DNA of 63,718 nt, filler included, from Octopus bimaculoides (taxonomy: Eukaryota): the NCBI RefSeq assembly GCF_001194135.2. It is 7 parts of 7 records of this genome, joined end to end, with 100 filler letters (N's around TTAATTAATTAA, not from the genome) between each part and the next. Parts side by side here need not be neighbours in the genome. Positions count along the whole stretch, not along the records: positions 43,699 to 61,517 come from NC_069000.1; positions 61,618 to 63,718 come from NW_026381536.1; 5 more parts are not named here. One strand, written 5' to 3'. Both the position numbers and the translations under genes were made by a program. The notes below the pieces were generated by a model. That model worked only from the letters and a program-made list of their open reading frames with translations, made no database searches and had not been told where the DNA came from. This document shows positions 50,147 through 62,004 of this stretch, piece after piece. How positions within the stretch are numbered: the first letter of the stretch is position 1; every line of letters starts with the position of its first letter.

Positions 50147-50499
50147 GAAATAGGATTAATGTAATATAATGTAATATAAAGCTGAAGCAAATTAACACCA
50201 AATATACAGTGCGTGTGTTTTTATTGGCTAAACTGGTAATATGACCATCCCCAAGTACAACAACATATATAGATAACACTTACTTGGAAAAGGATGCGAT
50301 ATATATATATCATTCAGCTAGTGTTAGGAACATAAATTGTGACTAAGGTTTGGTGGAAGATTTTAATTCAAAACTTATGAAAACAAGACATTTGTACTCA
50401 GAGCCAGAGCCGGTTTCGGTCAGGTTGGTAATGAAAGGGTTAAGTTGGTATTTGGTGAATGAGAGAGTTTGATGTTGATGTCATCATTTGTAATTCAAG

Positions 50500-51070
50500 A
50501 TATGAAGTTGCTTCATCTGGAACTCAATGTAGTAGAGATCCAGTTCTGATTTGAAGACATCTACATCCACCCCATATAAGTCTCTCAAATCTTTGGGGAG
50601 GTTATTAAAGAGTTGTATGCCTTTGAAACCCAAGCAACTTCAGTATCTGGTCCTGTACTTTGATAGCAAGGGTAAGATTTTTGGTGCTCTGCAATAGCAC
50701 CCTGTTCTGGTGTCCTTCCAGGATCTTCCAGATGTATATTACAGCATATCTTTCCTGCCTCTGCTGGGAGTACCCTCTTGAGTCTATTCCTGTAGCTAAT
50801 CTACAATATAGAGTTGATCTTCTTTGTGTAGCTTTGTTAAACTGCTTTGAGTTCCACCATTAATCATACACTATGTAGTGGCTATAGTTGGAAACAATAG
50901 TTAAAACAGCTTAAGACTGATGTCTTCCAGAGGACCATCATGGTTTCCTGCTTTCTTGTTCTGGAAATTCCAAGAATCCATCCATCCAACCACCTGCACA
51001 TTATTGCTAACTTAGTAATATGCAAATGGAAGAATGCATCATTACTCATATCAATGCCCAGATCATGCAC
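50500..51070 (-). mobile_element. CR1-type LINE 3' coding remnant
   Basis: DLGIDMSND..FHLHITKL..GWILGISRTR..LWKTSVLS..NYCFQL..ELKAVQQSYTKKI. Confidence 0.78.
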
Positions 51071-52774
51071 TGATTGCGATTTTGGGACTGCATATAATAG
51101 AGGAGTAGATGGACAGGGACAACTGATAAAGGGAAATATTCTTTATGTTGCATGTCTCGTTTCTCTGTTTGTTTTTTTTGTTGTTAAAAAAAAGTTCGTT
51201 TTCTGTCTTCGTCTTTATATTTTCATTTCTCATTGTGTTTAACGTTTTTTTGATGTCCTGTACCCATATATGCATGTATGTATACATATAGATGTAGGCA
51301 TGTACATATATGTATGGATATATGCATATATTTATATATTATTATATGATTGAACGCCACACATCCTTTTCCAAGAAAGTTTTATCTTAATAATTACTTT
51401 GCACACTCTACTACTATTATTATTACTTTTCTATCTCTCTCCCTCTCTTGTTCTTCATCCTTTCTGTTTTTCTCTCCCACCCTTTCCCTATTCTTCTCTT
51501 CCTTTCACCGTTCCCTCTCTCTCTCTCTCTCTCACTCTTCCTCCTTGACCCTCTCGTCGCTGACACGTGACAAAAGGGTTTCTTTCTTTCTATTTCCTGC
51601 CTTCCTATAGAGAAGACGTGGTTTTTTTTTGTCTCTCATTCACATCTAACTAGCATTCAAAATAATAATTTTTCTATCGTCTTGGCATAACAGCCCTTAC
51701 TGTTTGTTTCCACTGTCTTGTCTTGTTTTTACTGTCTTTTACTGTCTTGTTCTCACTGTCCTGTTCTTGTTAACACTTTCACCCTCCCTGAAAAATTCCA
51801 AATTTTATATAATTTGCTTTGCAGGAAGGACTGTTCCAACAAAGTTGCGTATTGTCCTTGCCTTCGAAACACAGAGTAGATGGACAGGGACAACTGATGA
51901 AGGGAAATATTCTTTATGTTGCATGTCTTGTTTCTCTGTTTGTTTTTTTACGCTGTTCAAAAAAAGTTTGTTTTCTGTCTTCGTCTTTATGTTTTCATTT
52001 CTCATTGTGTTTAACATTTTTTTGTGATGTCCTGTACCCATATATGCATGTATGTATACATATAAATGTAGGTATGTACATATATGCATGGATATATGCA
52101 TATATTTATATATTATTTGTATTATTATATGATCGAATGCCATGCATCCTTTTCCAAGTATATATATATATATATATAACCCATGCTAACATGGAAAATG
52201 AACATAAAAATGATGAAATGAAAAAAGGAAATGAATACTGTTTATATATGAAATTAAGAAATATCTCCCAAATTATTTGTTAATACTCACCCATTAATGA
52301 AAATTGTGACCACTGAAGTCTAAAATCCATTCTTGAGATCCACTCAAGAATGGATAAAGTACAAATTCAAAATAATAATAATAATAAAAGTAATAATCTC
52401 TTACTTTCCAAGCAAAAAAAGCAGTGTAAACAAATTTGTATTGGCGTTGAGTTTGTATTCTTAAAACTTTTGCAATCACACCTTCCTTCTTTTCTTTGCA
52501 TGCAGTCCAGTTTGATATGAATGCACTACAAATAGCAAAAATAGGAAGAATATAACACATGGAAAGTATGTGGTGTGTGTGTGTGTGTGTGTGCATGCAT
52601 GTGTGTGTGCATGCATGTGTGTGTGTGCTAGCGTGTGTGTGTGTGCATGCATGTAAAATGAACAATTTGTCTTTCAGTTATTTTCAACTTGTATTTAGTG
52701 CTCTTTAGATTTCAGGTCCCCTAGAACTCAGGTTTATGAATTTTGTTTTACACACCCACCTACATACACACACA

Positions 52775-52812
<38 letters not shown>

Positions 52813-52813
52813 C

Positions 52814-52869
<56 letters not shown>

Positions 52870-53421
52870 NNNNNNNNNNNNNNNNNNNNNNNNNNNNNNN
52901 NNNNNNNNNNNNNNNNNNNNNNNNNNNNNNNNNNNNNNNNNNNNNNNNNNNNNNNNNNNNNNNNNNNNNNNNNNNNNNNNNNNNNNNNNNNNNNNNNNNN
53001 NNNNNNNNNNNNNNNNNNNNNNNNNNNNNNNNNNNNNNNNNNNNNNNNNNNNNNNNNNNNNNNNNNNNNNNNNNNNNNNNNNNNNNNNNNNNNNNNNNNN
53101 NNNNNNNNNNNNNNNNNNNNNNNNNNNNNNNNNNNNNNNNNNNNNNNNNNNNNNNNNNNNNNNNNNNNNNNNNNNNNNNNNNNNNNNNNNNNNNNNNNNN
53201 NNNNNNNNNNNNNNNNNNNNNNNNNNNNNNNNNNNNNNNNNNNNNNNNNNNNNNNNNNNNNNNNNNNNNNNNNNNNNNNNNNNNNNNNNNNNNNNNNNNN
53301 NNNNNNNNNNNNNNNNNNNNNNNNNNNNNNNNNNNNNNNNNNNNNNNNNNNNNNNNNNNNNNNNNNNNNNNNTATATATATACACACACATATACATATG
53401 CATATATATATATATATATAT

Positions 53422-53750
53422 CATCATCATCATCATCATCGTTTAACGTCTGCTTTCCATGCTAGCATGGGTTGGACGATTTGACTGAGGACTGGCGAAC
53501 CAGACGGCTGCACCAGGCTCCAATCTGATCTGGCAGAGTTTCTACAGCTGGATGCCCTTCCTAACGCCAACCACTCCGAGAGTGTAGTGGGTGCTTTTAC
53601 ATGCCACCAGCACGAGCGCCAGTCAGGCGGTACTAGCAACGGCCATGCTCAAATGGTGCTGTTAGTGCTCCACTAGCACGGGTGCCAGTCAACAAATTTG
53701 GTTCAATTTCGATTACGATTTCACTTGCCCCAACAGGTCTTCACAAGCAG
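53422..53750 (-). mobile_element. RTE 3' UTR fragment with a collapsed internal array
   Basis: (CAT)n-GTTTAACGTC...GGATGCCCTTCCTAACGCCAACC...TTTCACTTGCCCCAACAGGTCTTCACAAGC. Confidence 0.9.
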
Positions 53751-53764
53751 AATATATATATATG

Positions 53765-53990
53765 TGGAGGCGCGTGGCTTATTGGTTAGGGTGTCAGCAC
53801 CATGATCATAAGATTGTGGTTTCTGTTCCTGGACCGGGTGTTGTGTTCTTGAGCAAAACACTTCATTTCAAATTGCTCCAGTCCACTCAGCTGGTAAAAT
53901 GAGTAACGCTGTGATGGACTGGCATCCCGTACAGCTGGGGAACACATACACCATTGAAACCGGGAAACCAGACCCATGAGCCTGGCTAGG
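53765..53990 (+). mobile_element. tRNA-derived SINE, family D, with a CORE-like domain
   Basis: Head GGAGGCGCGTGGCTTATTGGTTAGG, followed by TTGTGTTCTTGAGCAAAACACTT..GCTCCAGTCCACTCAGCTGGTAAAATGAGTA. Confidence 0.75.
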
Positions 53991-54049
53991 GTGTAATTAT
54001 TATTTATTAATTTTATATATATACACACACACACACACACATATATATA

Positions 54050-54250
54050 TTTAGGTTAGTTGTAATATGTTTGTCACATATTTTAACTGCGAGAGGCAAA
54101 TACACTACAGTTACCATGGAGAAAAAAATCTCTCTTATGATAAAAGAGAGATTTTTTTACCATAAGAGAGATTTTTCCTCCACAGTAACTACAGTGTATT
54201 TGCCTTTTAGCAGTTGAAATATGTCACAAACATATTTCAACTAACCTAAA
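54050..54250. repeat. Short foldback / MITE-like palindrome (arms ~90 bp)
   Basis: TTAGGTTAGTTGTAATATGTTTGTCACATATT... matches the reverse complement ...ATATGTCACAAACATATTTCAACTAACCTAA. Confidence 0.88.
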
Positions 54251-54290
54251 TTCTGCTCATACCGAAACACTGCTTTGCACCAATGTTTTG

Positions 54291-54333
<43 letters not shown>

Positions 54334-54344
54334 GCATGCATACA

Positions 54345-54376
<32 letters not shown>

Positions 54377-54402
54377 CATATACATATACATATACACATA
54401 TA

Positions 54403-55290
54403 TTGGGTTGAGTCATAAATAGTTTCCTATTTTGCTAAACATCTTTTCTCATGAAAAAACTTTACAAAGAATTATTTTCAATTATCAGTATAGTTGCCAT
54501 TATTTTGAATAACCTCTTGCCATTTATCAGGTAGCTTTTTGATTCATCTCGAGTAAAATTCAACTGTCTTCGACATGAAGATGCTTTCCACCTGATCTTC
54601 ATGAGAAAATTTTCTCCTCATCAGAACATTTTGTAGAGAGCCAAAAAGATGGAAATCAGTTGGTGCAAGGTCTGGTGAATATGGTAGATGGGGTAGAACA
54701 GACCAGCCCAAATCCAATATTTTATCCTGCATGATTCTTGCTGAATGTGGTCAACAACAGTTTTATTAATGAGTGCAGAGCGTTTTCTTAAGAGATTTTC
54801 ATGCTCAGGTTTCAGCTGTTGAGAGTATAATTTGGAATCTAGTGTTTGATTGCAGTTTAAAAACTCAAAATGAATAATACTGCAGTGACTCAACCATACA
54901 CACAACATAACCTTCCTTCCATGGAGCTCATATTTCGAGGCAGATTGTGAAGATTTATCCTTGACAATCCACTGCCTTTTGCATTGAACGTTGTCATAAA
55001 AGACCCATTTTACATCATCTGTAATATCATTGAGAAATGGATCATTATTCTGCCTTGAAAGAAGACTTGCTGCTGTTGACATGTGATATTCCCTATTCTT
55101 CTCACTAAGAGTATGGGGAACCCAAACACCCAGCTTACTGACTTTTCCTATCTTTTCCAAATGGCCGTAGATGGTGGATTGAGACGTGTTGAGGTTAACT
55201 GCTAATTCTCAAGTACTTTTACATGTCAAATATGCACTTTCAGTTCATCCATTTTAGGGGAATGACATTTAATATTAAAATATAATGTGC
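54403..55290 (-). mobile_element. mariner (DD34D) element, 5'-truncated, pseudogenised
   Basis: SKLGVWVPHTLSEK, ITDDVKWVFYDN and LPHLPYSPDLAPTDFHLF. TA|TTGGGTTGAGTCATAAA terminus. Confidence 0.9.
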
Positions 55291-55302
55291 ATAGGAGAGG
55301 TG

Positions 55303-55461
55303 TAGGAGTGGCTGTGTGGTAAGTAGCTTGCTTACGAACCACATGGTTCTGGGTTCAGTCCCACTGCGTGGCACCTTGGGCAAGTGTCTTCTACTATAGC
55401 CTCGGGCTGACCAAAGCCTTGTGAGTGGATTTGGTAGACAAAAACTGAAAGAAGCCCGTCG

Positions 55462-55498
<37 letters not shown>

Positions 55499-55686
55499 TT
55501 GTCCCCACAACATCGCTTGACAACCGATGCTTATGTGTTTACGTGCCCGTAACTTAGTGGTTCAGCAAAAGAGACCAATAGAATAAGTACTAGACTTACA
55601 AAGAATAAGTCCTGGGGTCAATTTGCTCGACTAAAGGTGGTGCTCCAGCATGGCCACAGTCAAATGACGAAACAAGTAAAAGAGTA
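55303..55686 (+). mobile_element. Full-length family-C SINE with an internal (TA)n(GT)n
   Basis: GGAGTGGCTGTGTGGTAAGTAGC..GGGTTCAGTCCC..ACCTTGGGCAAGTGTCTT..(TA)n(GT)n..AAACAAGTAAAAGAG. Confidence 0.9.
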
Positions 55687-55935
55687 TACTTTCACTGCTT
55701 AAATATGAATGACAAATGAGCCTCTTTTAAAAACGGTAGTTTCCATTTCAATTTTAACCATCTCAAATTCAAAATGCCTCATTACAGTTTACTTAAAAAC
55801 AAACGGAAATATTTATGACTTGATCCAATATATATACAAACATATATATATACACACACAGAGAAGGAGAGAGAAAGAGAGAGTGATAGAGAAAGATAGA
55901 GAGAGAGAGAAGGTTGTTTGTTATGGCCAGTCAGA

Positions 55936-55999
55936 AAGTGACCATTAGTTTTTCACCTATAAATGGCTTAGCTGTATAGGTGACTCATTAGACTCAATG
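55936..55999 (-). ncRNA. Type I hammerhead motif H3, 3' pLTR copy, degenerate
   Basis: CATTGAGT CTAATGA GTCACCTATA-13nt-TATAGGTG AAAAA CTAATGG TC ACTT. Confidence 0.55.
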
Positions 56000-57597
56000 T
56001 CCAGAGGCTCATAACCTCTCTACAACTGGAGGGAGGAATACTTCATGGTAAGTTAATTTTGTAAACAAGAAAATTCTGGAATGAAATTCTACTGGCAAAA
56101 GCTTGGGTGAGACAGAGTGACTCCACTTAGATTGGTTCCAGTTATGTCTAAGATAGGGCCACCATAGTTGGCTGCATTTACCTAGTTGTCAAACAAAGAA
56201 CTCTATATTTTCAACACAAATTTTCTCTGATGAGGGTACTGACTAAACATTGCTCTTTTGGAGTCTAAAAATGTCCCTGGATCAAGTGAGTCTTTCAGCC
56301 AAGCAAAGCTTACATTGTTTGCTCTAGTTGCGGTAGTCCCAGTTGTTCTACAAGCCTCCATTTAATTATGTATGATGTACCAACCTCCTTTAAATACCAT
56401 GCATAGTTGGCCAGGGATATGACATTACACCTCTTTGGTATCCTAAAAGAGAACTTGTGATTACTAAGATGATGTTTGAATGGGTTGCCTGTAGATCCAA
56501 CATATTTCTGTGTCTGTGCCCTTGTGCTGGTGGTGTTAGAGCTGTTGTTGTTGTCATTATCGCTGCCATTGCTGTTGTCACTGCTGGAATCATTGCTGGT
56601 GCTGTTGCTGCTGGCTGCCATCAAAGCCACTGTCGTTGCTACTGCCAGATGTATTGCTGGTACTCTTGTTGCTGTTGTAACTATTGCTATTACCATCATG
56701 GCTTCTGTAGCTACTTGATACACTGTTGGTGTTTGCTGCCACCACCATCTCTACTGCCTCCATTGCAATTGTTGTTGTTACTGCAGGGTATGGATGTACT
56801 GTTGATGCCACTGCTACTGTTGCTACAATGGTGTTGCTGCTGTCAGCAGTGCACTGGTCACCACCTCAATCTTATACACCACACCTTTGGAGGTGCATCA
56901 CCACTCTACCACTGGGTACTTATTGTTTACTCTGCATGAGCATCCTACCTCTATGTGTGGTTTAGGAGTGTTCGCTAATATTTCTTTAATGCTGGGAGCA
57001 CAATTGAAAGAGACCCTTACGTTGTGACTTTGTGATATGTTTGCCCACTAATCTAAGAAATATCCTTCCTATGCAAATCTTGAAATTGAGAGAGAAGGGT
57101 GGGGCAAACCAAGTGACTTTATGGTGGCAATTCCTTTTGTGAGTGTTAAGACCTGGCCAAAGCTTCATTATAAGGGCAGTAGTGTTAAAAATTTCTTTAT
57201 AGACAACAAGTTCAAAATCTTCTTACTGACACCTTTCACTAGGTTCTTGGACATGATATGTGGGTTGCAGAAGGCTGTGTTAATGCATGACAATCACTCA
57301 TTTGTCATATGGTAGGGCCTGTATAAACAGGTAACTACATCCAACAAAATATCTTAAAAGTTAGGTTGGTCTCAATTGTAATCACAAGTCCATTGGAGCT
57401 AAGGGTGTGAAGTAGATCCTTCCTAAGCCTATTTAGAGTATGCAAAACGAATGGTCACTCTGTAACCAGCCATAACAAACAACCTTCTAAATATTACTGC
57501 TCTAATGTTTTAGAGTGTGATTCTTTTCATATATATATATGAACTACTGACCAAATGTGTGTGTGTGTGTGTATTTAGGTAGTTATGCCTGGTCATA

Positions 57598-57648
57598 GAG
57601 TGACCATTGGTTTCACAAGCTTAGCAGTATAAGTGACTCATCAGACTC
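57598..57648 (-). ncRNA. Type I hammerhead motif H3, upstream copy: core intact, stem II decayed
   Basis: GAGT CTGATGA GTCACTTATACTGCTAAGCTTGT GAAA CCAATGG TC ACTC. Confidence 0.68.
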
Positions 57649-58270
57649 ACATGGTTGAAGGTATGTGTGAAACCAATGGTCACTCAATGACTAGCCATAA
57701 CTTTTAACTACCTAAAAAAATTATAACTGCTTTAATGTTTTAGAGTGTGCTTCTCTTTCGGATATATGAACTGCTGATGTGTGTGTTTGTGTTTGTGTGT
57801 CAGTGTATGTGTTGTTTATGTATAAAGTCAAAAACCAGCTAAAACCAAAAAGTACATCTAGTTAACTGAATCTGTATTCCATCTTTAATTCCTATTTGAT
57901 GTCTTTTCATATTCTTTCTGCAGTTAATTATCTCAGGATAAAGGCATGCATATCACAGCTCTACTCGCTTATAAATTCAAGATCTTGTATCTCATTAGTA
58001 AAAAATTACTGCTTTAAACATCTAACAATTCACAGAACTACTTAACCCACACAATATCGGTAAAATTACTGCAAATTTAAATGCCTACAGCCAAAATGAG
58101 AACACAACTTACTCTGTTCTCACTCTTGGATGAATAGCAAAGTGCAAAATGTTTGATACACCACTCCTGTAATTAAACATAAGCTGTTTTGTAAAGTTTT
58201 GTATTGACTAATTGTTGCAAATACAGACCATCATGAATTTCTTCAGCTTCTATATTTTTTATATTAATTA

Positions 58271-59520
58271 TGAGGTGGTATCAAAAAGTTCTAAGACTAG
58301 TTCTGTAGCATGCCAACAGATGTCAGCACACAGTTGTGTGTGCAGTGAGCTTTATGAGGCAGAGTGTGAAGTGACATCACAGTGTTTACTTCACAAGTTG
58401 TGAAATTTGTGTTTTAGTGATCACATGCACACTATTGTTGCGATTTTGTCATGGATAGGAAGTTGGAACAAAGAGCAACATCTAATTTTGCATTAAACTT
58501 AGGAAGTCTGCTACAAAGACATTGAGCATGCTTTGGCAAGCTTACAGCAATGAGGTAATGGGTCCTATGCAGTGTTCCGAGTGGCACAGGTGCTTCAAAA
58601 GCAGAAGGATGTCCCTAGAAGATGATGAGTGATCTGGAAGACCTGCCATGATTGTCAACCCCAGAAAATTCATCAGCTTGTGCATGAGGATCGTTGGAGG
58701 ACAATCAATGACATTGCTGATGTTGTTGGTCTGTCGTATGGGTCTGTGTAGGCAATCCTAACGTCTGAATTGAACAGATGGTGTTTCTCTGCCAAGTTTG
58801 ACCCCCGCCTACTGACCACTGAGTAGAAAGAACATTGCACCAAAGTCTGTCAAGATCTCCATCAGCATGCTGCTGATGACCGATCCTTCATGTTGAGGAT
58901 GATCACCGGTGGTGAGAGTTGGGTCTACAGGTACGACCCTGAGACAAAGCAGCAGTCATCACAATGGAAGACCCCCTAAATCTCCACAACCAAAGAAGGC
59001 ATGGCAGAGCCACACCTCAATCAAGAGCATGTTCACCGTTTTTTTCTACATCTGCAGTATTGTACATCAAGAATTCACCTACCAGGGCCAGACCATCAAT
59101 TGAGAGTTCTACTATGATGTTTTGAAGCATCTGAGGGAGGACATTCTGCAAAAGCAACTGGATCTGTGGAGTACAAAGAACTGGATTCTTCATGACAACA
59201 ATGAACTCAGTCACTGAGCTCTCCTCACATATGAGTTTCTCACCAAAAACATATTGCTTCTGCACTATCCCTATTTGCCAGATTTAGTACTTGCAGACTT
59301 CCATCTCTTCCCTAAGGTGAAAATGCAGCTCAAAGGTTGCCGTTTTAACACCATTTTTGAGATCTAGAGCAAATTACAAAAGGTCCTCAACTTGCTTAGA
59401 GAAAATGAATTTCAAACTGGATTCCAAAAGTGGCAGGAACACTGAGACCAGTATATTTCTGCGCAAGGTGACTATTTAGAAGGAGATGATGTTAAAACTT
59501 AGGTAAATAAGTTACTTTTT
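58271..59520 (+). mobile_element. mariner (DD34D, irritans-like) element; left TIR present, transposase disrupted
   Basis: TA|TGAGGTGGTATCAAAAAGTT. ITGGESWVYRYDPETKQQSSQWK, WILHDNN, ADFHLFPKVKMQLKG, QGDYLEGD. Confidence 0.9.
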
Positions 59521-61324
59521 ATTGAAAATAATTACTACAAGATAGATTTTTATTAAATTTTAATAAAAAGAGAACACCAAAAATTTTTTTATGGATCCCC
59601 AGGGTTCCTTACTTTGGTAAACAATGGTCTAGTTATTCTTAGTTTAAAAAATAAAAGTTCTTAGTTGAAATCCACTCAAATATTGCTTATTTACTACTGT
59701 TTAGGAATTCAGTAAGAAACCTTATGACGATTGAAGAAAAAATGGTGTAGATGTAAATATTGAAAATGCTTGTATCTAAAGATGAAACCAAAAATTATAA
59801 TCTCATTCATGTAAAATTATTTTGCAAAAAAGATGAAAGCATAAAAAAAATGTTCCAACATAAAAAAAGAAAAAAATTTGGAAAATTTCATTAAAAAGCT
59901 ACATACTTAAGACCTCTCCATTTTAATTTTAAGTTGAAGTATTCATATGCTCTTAGAAACAATTCACGCATTACCTAAAATATATGACAATAAATTTATA
60001 TTTTAAATCATATACATTTTATGCATAAACAACATACACATATTTTTCTTACTCTACATTTTTAATAATACATACATTTTTTTTTTAATTGTTGCTAAAT
60101 AATTTTTTTCTCTCACCAACAAATAAACCCCTATGTCATCCTTTGATCTGCTAAGACTAGCAGATAAAGTAACCAAATCTCCTTTGTCCTAAAAATCGAT
60201 AACTATATTACCTAATTTGATTTTTGATGTACTGTTCTTGGAAAGGGGTGGGATGGTCAGGATGGAATGCCTGTGCAATCAGGGAAGATGTGAATCCAAC
60301 AGCAACTAAACACATCATTTTTATTGGAAAAATTACAAAATGTTAGAATAAGAATTTTTCTCTCGTTTTAATTAGGTCAATGCAAATGATGTTTTCTAAC
60401 AACTGCAGGAAAAACATGGAAGGAAATTGAGGTGAGGCTGCTTATATGGATGATGAAGGAAGAAGTGGGTGAATCAAATGGAAATGATTTCAGATTAACC
60501 AGCTTGAAGAAACAAAGGCTACCGTAGTAGAGATGGTAAAGATGGAGGAGACTGCATGTCTGTTAGCTAGAAACTGGAGTGTGTCGGTAGATGACTCCAT
60601 ATCAACCAGTCAAGTAGCTTTTGTGGAGGATGTAGTCAGCATGACTGAGTATGTAGGAGAGAATATGATCACTTGAAATAACCTTCATTACTTCCAGTAA
60701 ATTACAGGTGAGAGTTGAACCAGTCAATATTGTGTTATTGTTGCCATTACCCAAGGAAATCAATAATAATTGAAACAAAGATGTAAGCTTGTTGTGTCTT
60801 GGGAGAGTCATTACACCAATAATAATAAATATATGCACTGGCTTAATATCACTTCTTTATTGTAAGTCAATTGGTCAAATATCTAACCAACTATCATTAT
60901 TGGCGTAATGGCCCCTCCAAGACATGACACAATTTTTTCAATACACAAATCCACATAAAGAACCTTGCAAACAAAATAGAAGTTAATATATAGATTAATA
61001 GATATATTTTACTATACTTTTCAAAGTACAGAGTTCTTTATTTAGTTTGTGAATACATTTGTTGCAGCAAACAAGTACACCCTCCTTCCTTATCTGTACT
61101 CCACCCTCTATGTTTGAAATGCTATGAAAAATGGTAATAGAAAACACAGAAGAGCTTGAAACACAAACACACACACACATGTAATCCAGTAGTGTTACCT
61201 CAACTGATAGCACAACACCTAACCAATGTTTATAAACCCAGGTAAGTCCTTGTATACTCAAATCTCAATTCAGGATTAAATGTTATTTGTTCTCCCATTT
61301 TTGTTTGGTATAGTTAAGTGATTA

Positions 61325-61450
61325 TGAAGCTTACTTTGCAGTCATGTAATTTTGGGTTCAGTCCCACTGCATTGGGCAAGTGTCTCTACTCTAGCCCTCT
61401 AGCCAACTAATAGCTTGTGGATGAATTTCATAGATGCAAACTGCATTAAA
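61325..61450 (+). mobile_element. Degenerate family-C SINE 5' half running into (CT)n
   Basis: GGGTTCAGTCCCACTGCATTGGGCAAGTGTCT...GATGCAAACTG. Confidence 0.7.
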
Positions 61451-61451
61451 A

Positions 61452-61517
<66 letters not shown>

Positions 61518-61971
61518 NNNNNNNNNNNNNNNNNNNNNNNNNNNNNNNNNNNNNNNNNNNNTTAATTAATTAANNNNNNNNNNNNNNNNNNNNNNNNNNN
61601 NNNNNNNNNNNNNNNNNATATATATATATATATGAATGTATGTATGTATTTCTGTATCCGTATATATGTGTGTGTGTGTGCATAATATATGAATGCAATC
61701 ATCAGCATAAACAGAGCTTATGTATATATGATAGATAGATAGATAGATAGATGGATAGATAGATAATGTAGGCATGTATACACGCATATATGCCCGTAAA
61801 GAAAACAACGAGAACAATTAACGCAGGGATGTGTATATATATATACATAGCCAATGTGTATATATATATATATATACCATAGCCAATGAGGGTTATCCGA
61901 GGCGTGGTTATTGCTAGTTGAAAAAATATATATATATATATATACGAATATATATATATATACATATATAC

Positions 61972-62004
<33 letters not shown>

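Larger units (their letters stand above)
49795..50266. repeat. Head-to-head palindrome P1 (arms 49795-50027 and 50032-50266, 4-nt spacer AGGA)
   Basis: ORF-track peptides 49668..50057(+) and 50061..50279(-) are near-identical. Confidence 0.96.
55920..57800 (-). mobile_element. Decayed Penelope-like element: RT thumb, CxC linker and C-terminal GIY-YIG, with hammerhead-bearing pseudo-LTR copies at both ends and inverted partial copies
   Basis: Minus-strand fragments GLVITIETNL, LYRPYHMTNE, KNLVKGVSKKILNL, VTWFAPPFSLNFKICIGRIFLRLVGKH, GCSCRVNNKYP, GVVYKIEV and KYVGSTGNPFKHHLSNHKFSFR..LANYAWYLKE..YIIKW. Confidence 0.88.

Noticed and set aside
51845-51930. GAAAC-ACAGA-GTA...CTGATGA-AGGG as a type II hammerhead (also 13740-13810 and 51100-51140)
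   Set aside because: The segment that must form stem I is purine-only and cannot pair, stem II pairing is poor, and the other copies do not restore either stem.
56310-56965. Overlapping low-complexity ORFs as a host gene
   Set aside because: They are explained by the PLE GIY-YIG remnant plus its triplet expansion.
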